From Octopus sinensis (taxonomy: Eukaryota): 64,000 nucleotides of DNA. A program made the position numbers and the translations under genes. The notes beneath the pieces are model-generated. The model was given only the letters and a program-made list of their open reading frames with translations, was not told the DNA's origin and did not search any database. Of this stretch, positions 42,816 through 56,054 are shown piece by piece. The stretch covers positions 6,944,001 to 7,008,000 of the forward strand of contig NC_042998.1 in the NCBI RefSeq assembly GCF_006345805.1. Reading direction: 5' to 3'. Numbering within the stretch: the first letter of the stretch is position 1; each line of letters starts with the position of its first letter.

Positions 42816-43246
42816 TATAATATGTATGTATGTATGAGTATATATTATATATGTATGTATGTATATATATATATTATGTATGTTATATATATATATATAT
42901 ATGAAAAAACAAGTCAAAAATAGAAAATGATGCTAAGATGATTTTATAGTGAATCTTTCACTATATATATGTATGTATGTATGTATGTTGTATGTATGTA
43001 TGTATGTATATATATATATATATGTATGTATGTATATATATATATATAAAACTACAAAATTAGAGAATGGAGAAATATGCTTAAATCAGTAAAACATCAA
43101 CTATCCGATGATACTCAATCCATACTTTAATACACCATTACATATGAGTAAAGGCAATACATAAAATGAAATGAGATATACAGTAATAGTAAAAGATAAA
43201 GAGATATAAGTAAAAATTTTCAAATATAATATGCAAATAAATCAAA

Positions 43247-43351
43247 CTGACAGCTGTTTCGGCAGTGAGGACAGTCATACCTCATTTAACTATAAGCATA
43301 AAGGCAGGTATAAATGAGGCATAACAAGGATGCCCCACGGCCTCTTCAGAG
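43247..43351 (-). ncRNA. Mirror copy of the long-stem-II hammerhead
   Basis: Reverse complement gives CT-CTGAAGA-GGC...GCC-GAAACAGCTGTC/AG. Confidence 0.75.
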
Positions 43352-43598
43352 ATTATATATAAAAAAAACTATTAGCCAAATATGTATAATATCGGTACTT
43401 ATTGATATTAATATATACACTATTATATATTTTGTTTTATTTTGTTCTGTTTACCTTCCTTTTTTGTACAAAGTGTATTATATTATATAAGTGTAGCATT
43501 ATGATGTATAAGTTTTTATATTTTACTTTTTATATTTTTATATTTATATGTATATGATTGTATAATATTTTCACTATTATAACAAATTTAATTTAATT

Positions 43599-43706
43599 CT
43601 CTGAAGAGGCCGTGGGGCATCCTTGTTAATGCCTCATTTATACCTGCCTTTATGGCTTATAGGTTAAATGAGGTATGACTGTCCTCACTGCCGAAACAGC
43701 TGTCAG
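43599..43706 (+). ncRNA. Type-I hammerhead ribozyme, intact core, ~85-nt stem II, palindromic stem III
   Basis: CT-CTGAAGA-GGC[long hairpin incl. ATGCCTCATTTA/TAAATGAGGTAT]GCC-GAA-AC(AGCT)GT-C/AG. Predicted cut after 43704. Confidence 0.75.
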
Positions 43707-44080
43707 TTTTGATTTATTTGCATATTATATTTGAAAATTTTTTTTTTACTTATATCTCTTTATCTTTTTACTATTACTGTATATCTCATTTCATTTTATG
43801 TATTGCCTTTACTCATATGTAATGGTGTATTAAAGTATGGATTGAGTATCATCGGATAGTTGATGTTTTACTGATTTAAGCATATTTCTCCATTCTCTAA
43901 TTTTGTAGTATTAATTTACGGTAATATTATTACCTTTACCCATATAATGCAATAGATGAACTGATTGTTTGACAATTTTTAACATCTGTGTATTAATTTT
44001 GTTGGGTACCTATCTAGCAGTATATTGGATATATATTATCCCATGGTGGGTTGAATTTTCAACCCCTATCTCATTTTATA

Positions 44081-44114
<34 letters not shown>

Positions 44115-44223
44115 ATATATGTATATATGTATGTATATATATATATGTATGTATGTGTATATATATATATATGTGTGTGTGTGGGTGTAGTATATATAAT
44201 ATATGTGTGTGTGTGTGTGTGTG

Positions 44224-44267
<44 letters not shown>

Positions 44268-44830
44268 TTTATTGCTCATGTATATACACATTTTATTGTT
44301 CATGTTTGCTGAATATATAATTTTTCATTAGTTAATCTGGGGAAGAAAATCATTTTTCTGACTCCCTCCATGCCTCCCCAGCAGGCTAAAATCAATACAT
44401 GCGGTTGAGTTGGTAAACACATATTTAATATTTTGCTCTTTGTTTAAAGGCTCATCAGCAAAGTGTATCCTTACCAATAATTTGCCAAAGTATTAGCAAA
44501 TTACTGCTAAGTAAACATAATAAATTGTGCGTTTATTGACACAGAGTGAGAGAAATACTGGTATATTAAATGTTTCTATGATGCGATCCCCAAGATAATT
44601 AGGTGGTTATGTTAGTGGAAGCATATTTAGGGATTAGAACATTAAAAAAATGCCAAAGTATATTCAGATATACAATAAAATAGAAACAACATTAGCTGAT
44701 GACTAACATATTTTTCATCAAGTGTATAAAAACAAGTCTGGACACATTTCACCTCTTCTTAAGGACTCATCAACTAAAGTGTTGTCTCCTCATATTTTCT
44801 GAAAGTATTAGCAAATAAATTGCCAATAAA

Positions 44831-45212
44831 TAGGCGCAGGAGTGGCTGTGTGGTAAGTAGCTTGCTAACCAACCACATGGTTCCGGGTTCAAGTGTCTTC
44901 TACTATAGCCTCGGACCGACCAAAGCCCTGTGAGTGGATTTGGTAGACGGAAACTGAAAGAAGCCCGTCGTATATATGTATATATATATGTGTGTGTGCG
45001 TGTATGTTTGTGTGTCTGTGTTTGTCTCCCTAGCATTGCTTGACAACCGATGCTGGTGTGTTTACGTCCCCGTCAATTAGCGGTTCGGCAAAAGAGACGA
45101 TAGAATAAGTACTGGGCTTACAAAGAATAAGTCCCGGGGTTGAGTTGCTCAACTAAAGGCGGTGCTCCAGCATGGCCGCAGTCAACTGACTGAAACAAGT
45201 AAAAGAGTAAAG
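44831..45212 (+). mobile_element. Family A SINE with a short internal deletion
   Basis: Matches 32897-33305. About 26 nt are missing after GGTTCCGGGTTCA. Confidence 0.9.
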
Positions 45213-46409
45213 AGAGAGAGTAAGTAAATATAAGCCGAAGCAATGATTTATTTGCATTGAGAAACAGAAATATTGGCAAATTAAATTTGTCTCCAATTAG
45301 TTGGTTATATAGTTGAAAATTATGTTTAATAATTACAATATTAACTATGTAAGTATATTTGAACTCTCTGTCTTCTGTTGCTTAACGTTATTAGTTTGGG
45401 GAAATGAAACTGAAAATGAGTTTCAGAAAGATGCAAACTTAGATTGAAAGAATTTGAAAGAATATTTAGTCAAGTTAAATCAGCCATTGGATGATCTGAA
45501 ATTTTTTTATCAATCTTTTCTATTGGTATAGGCATAGCCAAAGGCGGCGAGCTGACAGAATCGTTAGCACGCCAGGCAAAATGCTTAGTGGTATATCATC
45601 TGCCGTTAAGTTCTGAGTTCAAATTCAAGGTGCTAGGCAATGGGACTGCTCCCGGAACCATGTGGTTGGTAAGCAAGCTACTTACCACACAGACACTCCT
45701 GCACCATACACCTTCTACACTTTTGCCTGCAAATGTCTTATGACCAGTACTTGCCCTTTATTTTGACTCTTCTCTGAGGGATACTACAATTACAGTTTCT
45801 CTGAACATGCTATTTTTATATTGTTTCCAAAATATGTCCACCCAGCAAACCTTTCTATTTTTTTTTTACATGAAATGTTTTTCACCTCGAAGGATATTGT
45901 TTTAATACAATTTACATAATTTTCATTTTTCAGAACTACGTCCATCAGCAATATCTTTCCCATCTCCTTCTGTTCCTTTTAGTTATTAATTCGAAGCAGT
46001 TAAATGAAACATATTAACGAGTCATTCCCACTCCTTCAGTTCTCTTATAAATGTAACTTTAATAGCGCATGACATGAACATCCTCTATTCATTTACCCAT
46101 CATCATCACCATCATTATTGCTGCCACCACCTCTCCAGCTGCACCACCTCCACCACCTCCACCACTACCTCCATCAGCACAATTCTTTTAATAGCTTTTC
46201 CATGCTAACTTGGATTGGTTAAATCTTCAGCGTGGCAACCTGCTCACACCTCTTAATCTCGTATCGTCTTGCTCGTGAGATCCAGCATCATCAGATCTGA
46301 CCTCAAACACTTCTTTCTTCTGTCCACATCTTCTTCCATGCCAGAGTTATGCCTTCTGTTCTTATCAAATAATACATTTACCATTCAGTAAATCTGTTGT
46401 ATTTAGAAA

Positions 46410-46801
46410 CTAGCAGTATCACCCGGCGTTGCTCGGGTTAATTTCGACCCTTTAGAATTGCAACTTTTGAAAAGTAAAAATTTTGCATTAGGTACCTTGT
46501 TATTCTCTTTAAGGGAACATTTTTCTGGTTGAAATACACCGAAAATTGGCGACACAACAGTCAAAAAATCATAAAAAATAGGGATTTTCATAGAAAAAAA
46601 GCACCTTTTTTATGTAAATAATTTTTGGTGTTAACATGGTCCGATTTGAATTTTGTCTTCTGCAGAAGGAAGAGCAAGTCTTCTTCTATCATACTGTTAA
46701 TTTTGGTTAACTTGCGCCGCAGGGTCTCAGAGGAGATAGTGTTAGTTGAAGGCTACCAAACCTGCCATACACAGACAACTTCAGCTTTATATATATAGAG
46801 A
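46410..46801 (-). mobile_element. Non-autonomous Helitron (same 3' end as 31525, different body)
   Basis: A|TCTCTATATATATAAAG...CCCGAGCAACGCCGGGTGATACTGCTAG|T. Confidence 0.85.
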
Positions 46802-47392
46802 TAAAATTTTGGAATTAGATACCTATATAGATTAGCACACTTGATGAAACAGTAAGAGTTCAAATTCTACTGGGTTGATAAAATATATACCAACTGAATA
46901 CTGGGATCAATGTAATTGACTGGCCCCTACCTAAAAATTCCAGGCCTTGTGCATTGAGCTCAAAATTTAACCATGGTCAGCCTTGCCTTTTATCTTCCAA
47001 AGATCAATGAAATAAGTACTAGCTGAGAAATGGGGCCAGTGTAATTGAATAGCCCTCTCCTCCAAAATTTCCATCCTTGTGCCTATAGTAAGAATTATCA
47101 TCATCATCATCATCATCATCATAATAATCATAATAATAATAATAATGATAATAATAATCAGGCAGTGAGTTGACAGAATTATTAGAATGCCAGACAAAAT
47201 GCTTCACAGCATTTCATCCAACTTTTTGTTCCCAGTTTAAATTTCATCAAGGATGACTTTACCTTACATGCTTTCAGGATTGGTGAAATGAATACTAGTT
47301 GAGCACTGATTGGGTGGGGGGGGGGGAACAATGCAATCAATTATAGCTCTCCCACAAAAATTTCAATCTTAGTGCATTAAGTAGAAAGAGTA

Positions 47393-47440
<48 letters not shown>

Positions 47441-47809
47441 GAGTGAGAGAGCAGTGCATGCCATCAAAGTGAAACTGGGGTAAAATATACGAAGCCCAGT
47501 ATACCCATCATGACTACCTGTCTGATAAGGGTACACCAGGCACATACATCACAACCATATGTGCGCGACATCGTGATCTCATATCAAGATAAACAGCACA
47601 TGACCTTGCAGGTGGGGCCCAGATAGAATTTTCTTTTGGTCAAGTAACCTATCCCACTCAAAAGGTCCCTGAATAGGGGTTGTTTAAGGATGTTGAACAA
47701 AACACCCATGTTTCCAGAGGTGAATTATTCAAACACAAAAGAATCCCTCTCAACTCATGGCAATGATGCTCCCCAGCTACCTCTGCTTGTGATCAGAGAT
47801 GCACATATC

Positions 47810-47810
<1 letters not shown>
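47441..47810 (-). mobile_element. (TAA)n-targeting element, truncated copy
   Basis: Flanked on both sides by (TTA)n. Colinear with 57585-58123 from the same left end. Strand is inferred from the truncation polarity. Confidence 0.75.
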
Positions 47811-47854
<44 letters not shown>

Positions 47855-47863
47855 ATTATTATT

Positions 47864-48310
47864 AAGGTAGTGAGATGGCAGAGTCATTAGCATGCAGGAT
47901 GAAATGCTTACCGATATTTCACCTGTCACTTCTTTCTGAGTTCAAATTCCACCGAGGTTGACTTTGCCTTTCATCCTTCTGGGGTTGATAAAATAAGTAC
48001 CAGTTGAACACTGGGGTCGATGTAATCGACTCATCCCCTCCCCCAAAATTACTGCCCTTGTGGCAAGATTTGAAACCATTATTAACATTATTGTGGTGGT
48101 GAGCTGGCAGAACCATTAGCAAGCCAGGCAAAATGCTTAGCAGCATTTCATCTGTTTTAATGTTCTGAGTTCAAATTCTGCTACGGTTGACTTTGTCTTT
48201 TTATCCTTTTGGGTCAATAAAATAAGTACCAATTGAGCGCTGGGGTCCATGTAATTAAACTACCCCTTTCTCTAAAATTTCTGACCTTGTGTGAAAATTT
48301 GAAACCATTA
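47864..48310 (+). mobile_element. Two tandem family D SINEs with an alternative tail
   Basis: Two GAG(A/C)TGGCAGA..GAGTTCAAATTC..GGTTGACTTTG..AAAATAAGTACC units, both ending TTTGAAACCATTATT. Confidence 0.8.
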
Positions 48311-48316
48311 TTAGTA

Positions 48317-48359
<43 letters not shown>

Positions 48360-49337
48360 CATTATTATTATTATTGCTGTTGTTGTTGCCATCATCATCA
48401 TTATCACAAGTCAGTTAGGAAGAGATCTAGCTAACAATATCTAGCATAACAATCTAGAATATTCTATATATTTAATTTGAAAAGTGTTAGATAAAGGAAT
48501 TATGAAGAAAAATGGCAGTCTTGGGGTAAAGATAACTTCCATCTCCTTTTATCTAGCAAGAAAATGGATATAATTTCCACTTCATTTCAAGAATGGTCAT
48601 TCAAAGAGATATCTGAACTTCCTAACCTGTCCTCACTAACCTTGCACATGAGAATGGATAAGAAATCGAATAATACCACCATTCATTGGAATCAACAGAG
48701 TTACTGTTTTGACTTTCAATGATTTTATAGTTTAAAGAAATATATATGTTAACTATATAATCTCTATCTCTAATGTATTTTGTTCATCAATATTTAATAG
48801 TTGATTAAGTTATTGATTTCAAAGTATTAAAGGTCTACTTTTATTGGGTGGTATTTTTCTTCTTTTTATTTTAACACATTTTTAGATCACATATCTTTGT
48901 ATTCAGTCAAAATTCGCTCGGTTGCTCTTTATTCTTTTCATCATCATAAACTATTTTGTTCAGGAAAAAAAGAAGTAACTTCTCCACCCCCTTCTCCATA
49001 AAACAGAAACATTTGATTTTTCTAAAAAGAACCTACAAAAATTCCGTATAAATTAGTTCCTGGTTATTTCAGAAAATTTTTTTCCTAATTTTTAATAAAA
49101 TTTATCAATTTTCTTGTTCAATTCCAAAAGAATTTTCTTTATCAGTCACTAGAAAGTAATCAATCTTGAATAGAATGTCTTCACAAACAACTTAGTAGCT
49201 TGTAAACTTATTTGAAATTAGTATTTTTGATAATAAAAAGGGTAAATTTTAAAATATTTTAAAAATCTTATTGAGGTAAAAGTTATGAGAAATGATGCAG
49301 TATTAAAACTTCATTTCATACATTTTCACTCCCTTAA

Positions 49338-49552
49338 CCCTTTAGCATTTAAATCAGCCATATCAGGCCACAACAGTCTACTCGTTTTATGTCCAAATCA
49401 GCTAGATCTGACTTCTCACACTTACTCTACAATGTCATTTTGAAAATAAACAATCTCATCATTAAAATATCAAAATTACAAAACAGATTAATTGAAAGCC
49501 ATGTGAATAAATAAGCATTAAAGTTGACAGAGTATACCTGAATATCGAAGGG
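49338..49552. mobile_element. piggyBac-like MITE with TTAA duplication
   Basis: TTAA-CCCTTTAGCATT ... AATATCGAAGGG-TTAA. Confidence 0.75.
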
Positions 49553-49792
49553 TTAAATTATTCTTAATTTATATCATATTAGAGTTGATGGTAGCAGTAA
49601 AACCTAATGAAGGACTCTTACCAATCTCTTCAGATTCATGAGTTTACCCTAAATCGATTGCAATATTTAGTTCCTTCCTCTATTCCTGTTCCTTGTTCCA
49701 ATTCAAGTCAGATTTACATTTTGAATACTGGAGATCAATGAAAGAATAAGTGACACTAACACACATTGAATTAATCCATTTACATATATACT

Positions 49793-49869
<77 letters not shown>

Positions 49870-49900
49870 TATATATATTTATATATATATGCATATATAT

Positions 49901-49936
<36 letters not shown>

Positions 49937-49971
49937 GCATATATATACACACATACATATATATATATATG

Positions 49972-50055
<84 letters not shown>

Positions 50056-50879
50056 TATATAATATATATATATGCATATATATACACATACATATACATA
50101 CACATACACACACATACATACATATATATTTATATATATACACAATAAAAAATCGTTTCCATTATTTATTCTTTACCTACTTCATTCAGTTAATTCATGT
50201 TTTGGAGAAAAGTTTCATAGTTTCATTGATATAAATGTCTCTATAACATACATACAAGTTTTTTCACAATTCTGATATTTAACTTTCATCAAATTAGGTC
50301 ACCAGTACACCATTTTTGTTGTTGCTATTATTTTTTTCATTATTTTTTTTTTATCTTTTCTTTATATTCTGACTAACACTTTATTTACTTTCCTTATTTT
50401 CTTTACTTTCTCTGAAATTATTTGCTTTTCATCTTGTTCTCTTCCTGTTCAGCTTTTAGAATAAACTCAGCTCTATAGCACTTTTCATACATTTTGTATC
50501 CAAGACACCTTAAGAGAATTTGATATTGTAAGTGATAGTATGCAGTCATACTTCTCTGGCGCAGCTATATAAAAGAAATCAGATCAATTACCTAGTTTTC
50601 TGGAAAATATTTCCTTACCCTGCTGCATCACAATTTAATTCTTTCTTTAGAAGAATCCTTGCAATTATGATCATAGTCAATGGCTTATAGCTATTATTCC
50701 ATGTTTAATTCTGTTCGTTTGCTGTACAAAGCAAATTCTTTCTAATAGTTCTTAGGTTTTGAAAAGAACTGACAAATTTTGGTGCTGTATTTGCTTAGAG
50801 AGTGACTAAAGTTGAGATTGTGTGTTGAAACTAAAACATTTGCTTGATGGCCATTTAAAAGACACACACACACACACAT

Positions 50880-50925
<46 letters not shown>

Positions 50926-51174
50926 ACACACATATGCACGTGCACACACGTTATTATGTTCCTTTTCGTTTTTACTCTTTGATATCTTAAATACTTTAAT
51001 ACATAATATATATATTTAGATACTACAAAATGTCCATTTTATAATATTATATTATCACAAAATTAAAAGCAAAACTGATTTTAAAGCATATGTGTGTTAT
51101 TTATTGACCCATTTATAAAATCAAATCTCATTGTCTTAGTTTATGTTCAATTTGTTTTGTCTACTGTTAAGTAT

Positions 51175-51415
51175 GTGGAGGCACGTGGCTTAGTGGTTAG
51201 GGTGTCAGTACCATGATTGTAAGATTGGGGTTTCAATTCCTGGACTGGGTGACATGTTGTGTTCTTGAGCAAAACACTTCATTTCACGTTGCTCCAGTTC
51301 ACTCAGCTGGCAAAAATGAGTAACGCTGTGATGGACTGGCATTCCATCCAGCCGGGGAACACATAGAAACTGGGAAACCAGGCCCATGAGCCTGGCTAGG
51401 CTTTAGAAAAAGCGT
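51175..51415 (+). mobile_element. Family C head with tail type 3
   Basis: Head TGGCTTAGTGGTTAGGG..GTTCTTGAGCAAAACACTTCATTTCACGTTGCTCCAG. Tail as at 20549. Confidence 0.8.
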
Positions 51416-52459
51416 ATTTATTTATTATTTTTTTTACTGTTAAGTATTAGCTGACAGCACAATTTATACTTACTTTTTCTCGTCCATTGCTTTTGACCTT
51501 CTCAGGAAACTAAACCAGTATAGAGTTTCTGTAGTCACATGTCCCACACAAAGTAGCAGTGAAAATTCCAACAAAATCCGAACCGTCTTTGAAAATGGAA
51601 GGCACATATTTTAGGATATTAGTATCTGTATAGAATGCATTCCATGAAGAAGAAGACACAGCAGTTCTGGGATACACCACATTATAAATAAAAACATGGT
51701 GATCGCAGCTTGAGCACTTTTGATCATAGGCATGCTCATTCAGGGCTGACTTGGGACAGAACAGCAAAAACATCAATAACAACAATAAAAACCATGGTAA
51801 TTTAACAGGAATGCATATTTTAATTAGGTTTTTGAACCATCCATTTGTATATGAAGAGAGAAGAAACATTGATCTTTTCCAACAGATATCACTGGAATAC
51901 CATTATCGGAATTATTATAGCTATTAAATACACATAAGAGAAGATGGCACAAACAAAAATAATTGGTTATCTCAATGGTCTTGAAATTTTTCGGCAACAC
52001 TAAATACAGTATAAACTATAATTAAGGCAATGTTTTAATATTTTGGCAAAAATCTAGATAAAAAAAATGAGCTTTCTTATTTTTTGTTTTCAAAATTTTA
52101 CAAACATTTAACATCACAAAGAACGATTGATGTGTATTTTTTTTTTCTAAATATAATTCAATAAACTCCAGCTTATAGAACTGAGAATAAATATTACATT
52201 ATCAACATGGTGCGTATGTCACGCTATAACTATTCATACTCAGGGAAAAAGCTTTCTGAAGTTCGTTGCAATTATGCACGTATGTATGCATGTTAATAAG
52301 TGCACAAATGCTGTTTAACTCTTGGCAAGTAGGATCTGTGGTGCAGGTTTTGTTCCTGGTTGACCCATTCCTCTTCACTCATACAGGGTACTTGTGGCTC
52401 CCCAGGTGACTTTGCTTATGTGCACACACACACTCTCACACGTACACATACATACATTT

Positions 52460-52614
52460 TTTCTCTCCTTGTTTCTTCTGTGTACCTTTCTGTAGGAGAG
52501 CGTAGGCTCGAAACATAAAAGACTTTTTCTATTCCTGAACATTATACTAATACATCGGTTTGTTTTGTACACCACCTGTCTTCGTCTTCTGTTTTTTTTT
52601 CATAAACTCTCCCA

Positions 52615-52659
<45 letters not shown>

Positions 52660-52862
52660 CATATATATTTAGTTGAAATTTGTAGAAAAACAAAAGACAA
52701 AGACAGGTGTATGAAGAACAAGCACGTGTATTAGTTTGACGCTCGGGAAATTGAAAAAGTCTTTTATGTTTTGAGCCTACGCTCTTCAACGGAAAGGAAT
52801 AAGAGAAAATAAACAGAGAGAGAATGAAAAAAAACTTGTAGATTTCAATGGCCCAGTATGGC
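52460..52862. mobile_element. Two diverged copies of the 10659 hammerhead-like family, tail to tail around (TACA)n
   Basis: Plus 52486-52521: CTTT-CTGTAGG-A-GAGC(GTAG)GCTC-GAAA-CA-TA-AAAG. Minus 52761-52796: CTTT-CCGTTGA-A-GAGC(GTAG)GCTC-AAAA-CA-TA-AAAG. Confidence 0.65.
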
Positions 52863-52932
52863 GACTATATATATATGTGCGTGTGTGTGTATATATATAT
52901 ATATAGATATAGATATGTACATATATATATAT

Positions 52933-53135
52933 GTGACCTCGTGTGTACCGTTGGCGATTTTTTTTTCCTCTGTCTTCCCTTCTCTGGATCTTTCCTCCTC
53001 CTATGCTTCCGATGAAGAGCTCCGCTCAAAACGTTAAACCCTCCTTCTTTCCTTCTTTCCTGAGCGTCCAATAATACTATATTTCTTCCACGTCCTCGCT
53101 TTGTTGTACTTTTTTGTGCTTTCTTGTTTGGATTA

Positions 53136-53140
<5 letters not shown>
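52933..53140 (+). mobile_element. Related short element with a degenerate minimal hammerhead (53005-53039), between (TA)n tracts
   Basis: GCTT-CCGATGA-A-GAGC(TCC)GCTC-AAAA-CG-TT/AAAC. G12 is replaced by A, compatible with CpG decay. Confidence 0.6.
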
Positions 53141-53187
<47 letters not shown>

Positions 53188-53622
53188 ATCTGTAAATATA
53201 GTATGTGACAATTATTCAGTAGCCATGACAAAACTCCAAGTTTTGGATGCTGGGGTGGAAACCCACGCTACCATCTCTTCAGTTATCCTGCCATAAAAAA
53301 AATGCGAAGGGCACATGATGTCATGATTGATAGTGTTGCTTAGTAAGCAACAGCAGCTACATGGCTGGAAAGAGTTTATTTAGCCACATGGTTGGACTGG
53401 AAGTTGGTGGCAAGAGTGCATCTTGGTAGGGAATTCAGTGGGGCTTGTAAGCGTACGAGCTTGTGTGTATGCATATGTGTGTATGTGTGTGTGTGTGTAT
53501 GTGTGTGCATATATCTGCTAGCTCATGTATATACATATACATGCATACACATATTTATGTGTAATTATGTAACTGTACCTATATAATATATATTATATAT
53601 ATGTATCCATATATGTGTATAC

Positions 53623-53672
<50 letters not shown>

Positions 53673-53688
53673 TCATATATGTGTATAC

Positions 53689-53746
<58 letters not shown>

Positions 53747-53764
53747 TCACATATATATATATAC

Positions 53765-53850
<86 letters not shown>

Positions 53851-53885
53851 CACACACTCACATATATATATATATATATATATGT

Positions 53886-54077
53886 AGGTCCCGGGTTGAT
53901 TCGGGGTTAACCACAGTAAATAAGGTACTCAATACATAGTAGAGTAAAATTAATTTATTATATAGAAGGAGCTTCTACAGACTAGAACTGTTTCATTCAA
54001 GAGAAATCTTCAGGAATCTTCCTGAAGATTTCTCTTGAATGAAACAGTTCTAGTCCTGTAGAAGCTCCTTCTATATA

Positions 54078-54083
<6 letters not shown>
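53886..54083. mobile_element. Fold-back unit in (TA)n: near-perfect 131-bp palindrome (53953-54083) with CTGAAGA..GAAAC cores at the axis
   Basis: Arms differ by a 1-nt indel. Shares the GTACTCAA..TAC..GTAGAGTAA..TTTATT layout with the 33810 unit. Confidence 0.75.
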
Positions 54084-54164
<81 letters not shown>

Positions 54165-54612
54165 CACATACATACAAATATATATGTACACAGACATCAT
54201 AGATAAATACAATACACACACACACACACTTCAACATATAATACATATATTTGTTCTTTGGCTTCCTGTAATAGATATGTGTATGTTCACATGTACGTGT
54301 ATGTGTGCAGTAAAATATGAAAATGGTAAAAGATAAAGTGGGAAGACAGTGACTGGATGTCTTAAAAGGAGTGAAATCAATATGTATTTTATATGTGTGT
54401 GTGTTTGTATATATATATATATATCTTCATCATCCTCATCATCATCATCATCATAATCGTTGTGACAATTGTGCTATCATTACACCAATGTATCCCTCTT
54501 AGACACACATATACATATGTATGTATTCTTGTACGTTGAAATCTAACAATTGGTTATTAGTATTGCTATGCCTTAGCATAAATCATAAAATATGCATGTG
54601 TGTGTATGTATG

Positions 54613-54649
<37 letters not shown>

Positions 54650-54825
54650 ATATATATATATACACCCACACACACACATATATATATGAATGTCTATCTC
54701 TCTGCATACACATGTATATGCATATTTTGCCATATGTATCAGTGTGTTTTTGTGTGTGTGTGTTGTCTTTGTAAAAATTCTATCTAAGCTGTTATTAATT
54801 CTGTTTTTTTTATCACTTTTCCCAG

Positions 54826-54935
54826 TTTTGTTTTAGTATCACCTATCACCAAAGTGCCGGACAACGTCAATATGATCTTAAGGCGGACACCGAGGCTGAC
54901 TGCATTGCCTGGATTGAAGCCATTCGACAAGCTAG
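54826..54935 (+). CDS. RASGRF: Internal coding exon, C-terminal part of a PH domain; probable RasGRF-family Ras exchange factor
   Basis: Pyrimidine tract plus CAG acceptor and AG|GTAAGT donor. 110 nt, phase 0 to 2. Encodes FCFSITYHQSAGQRQYDLKADTEADCIAWIEAIRQA(S/R) with the invariant PH Trp. From memory it resembles RASGRF1 HYFTVNF..LELRTEDAKDCDEWVAAIAHAS. Gene identity is less certain than the exon itself. Confidence 0.8.
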
Positions 54936-55638
54936 GTAAGTCATAACACCTTTCTTTCAATCTTTATTTTTTTTTGTTTTCATTTTCCATTTCCTTTCTC
55001 AACCCATCACCTGCCATCCTTCTTCTATTTTCCCCTCTTCTATTCGCCTTATCTTTTACTTTTCCTTTCGTCTCAGTCTCCAAGATATTTTCTTCTCATA
55101 TTCTATTCTTAAAATTGTATTTTTTCCTCCACTTTATCTATTATTCCTTCTCATTGTTTCTTTGTTTTACTCATACTTTATTTTTATTATCTTCTGTTCT
55201 TTCCTCTTTTTCCCTCTACTAGATTCATCTCTTGTCTTTTTCTTCTTTATGACTCCTTGCTTCCTTTCAATCATCCTCTCCTTCTCTCTCTATTTATTTT
55301 ATTTCTTTTTTCCCTGTTAGATTTCTTTCCAAATAACTTTCATACATTTGTACATTTATGAGTAAAAGTCCAGCTTTTACTGCTAGTTTTAACTGAATTG
55401 CATTTATTCTTATATTGAAGAAATATCTGTAGCCCAATATATCCTGATATTTTCTATCTATTTAGTAATAAGGTTACTATTAGACACAGTGCAAACCAGA
55501 AGAACTGTGAGTGCATATGTCATTGAAATGTAACAAAATACTTTCCAAACTTGAACAAACAGGCCCCATAGATATTTTGAGATATATTTTCAAAATTAGT
55601 GGATTAAATTTTTATCATTTTCAAATATCATATTCAAA

Positions 55639-55820
55639 TACGTAAAAAGCACCCACTACACTCACGGAGTGGTTGGCGTTAGGAAGGGCATCCAGCCGTA
55701 GAAACACTGCCAGATCAGACTGGGCTTGGTGCAGCCTTCTAGCTTCACAGACCCCAGTTGAACCGTCCAACCCATGCCAGCATGGAAAGCGGATGCTAAA
55801 TGAAGATGATGATGATGATG
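55639..55820 (+). mobile_element. RTE-type retroposon 3' end
   Basis: CGTAAAAAGCACCCACTACACTC..GGAAGGGCATCCAG..CCAACCCATGCCAGCATGGAAAGCGGA..(GAT)n. Confidence 0.85.
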
Positions 55821-56054
55821 AAATTGATGATTAGCAGAAAAACTTGAATAGGGAGACTTTTTTTTTATTGCTTAGACAGGTAAAGGGTGGTGCCTATGCT
55901 CTTTTTAAGGGCCATTAAAATCGATGGAAAGGAGCGAGGATATTCTCTAACTGGAATCTTGGTGTGAATGCTTGCAACAGGGTGAATACTACCTAAAGGA
56001 GGTGGTGGAATTAAAGTAGGTGGGTTTATCACCCAGGTAGGTCATGGTCGTATT

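Larger units (their letters stand above)
43050..44078 (+). mobile_element. Penelope-like unit with ~300-bp inverted arms (43050-43352 and 43598-43908) between (TA)n tracts
   Basis: The arms are near-perfect reverse complements, differing mainly by small indels. Each begins with a hammerhead core. Confidence 0.85.
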
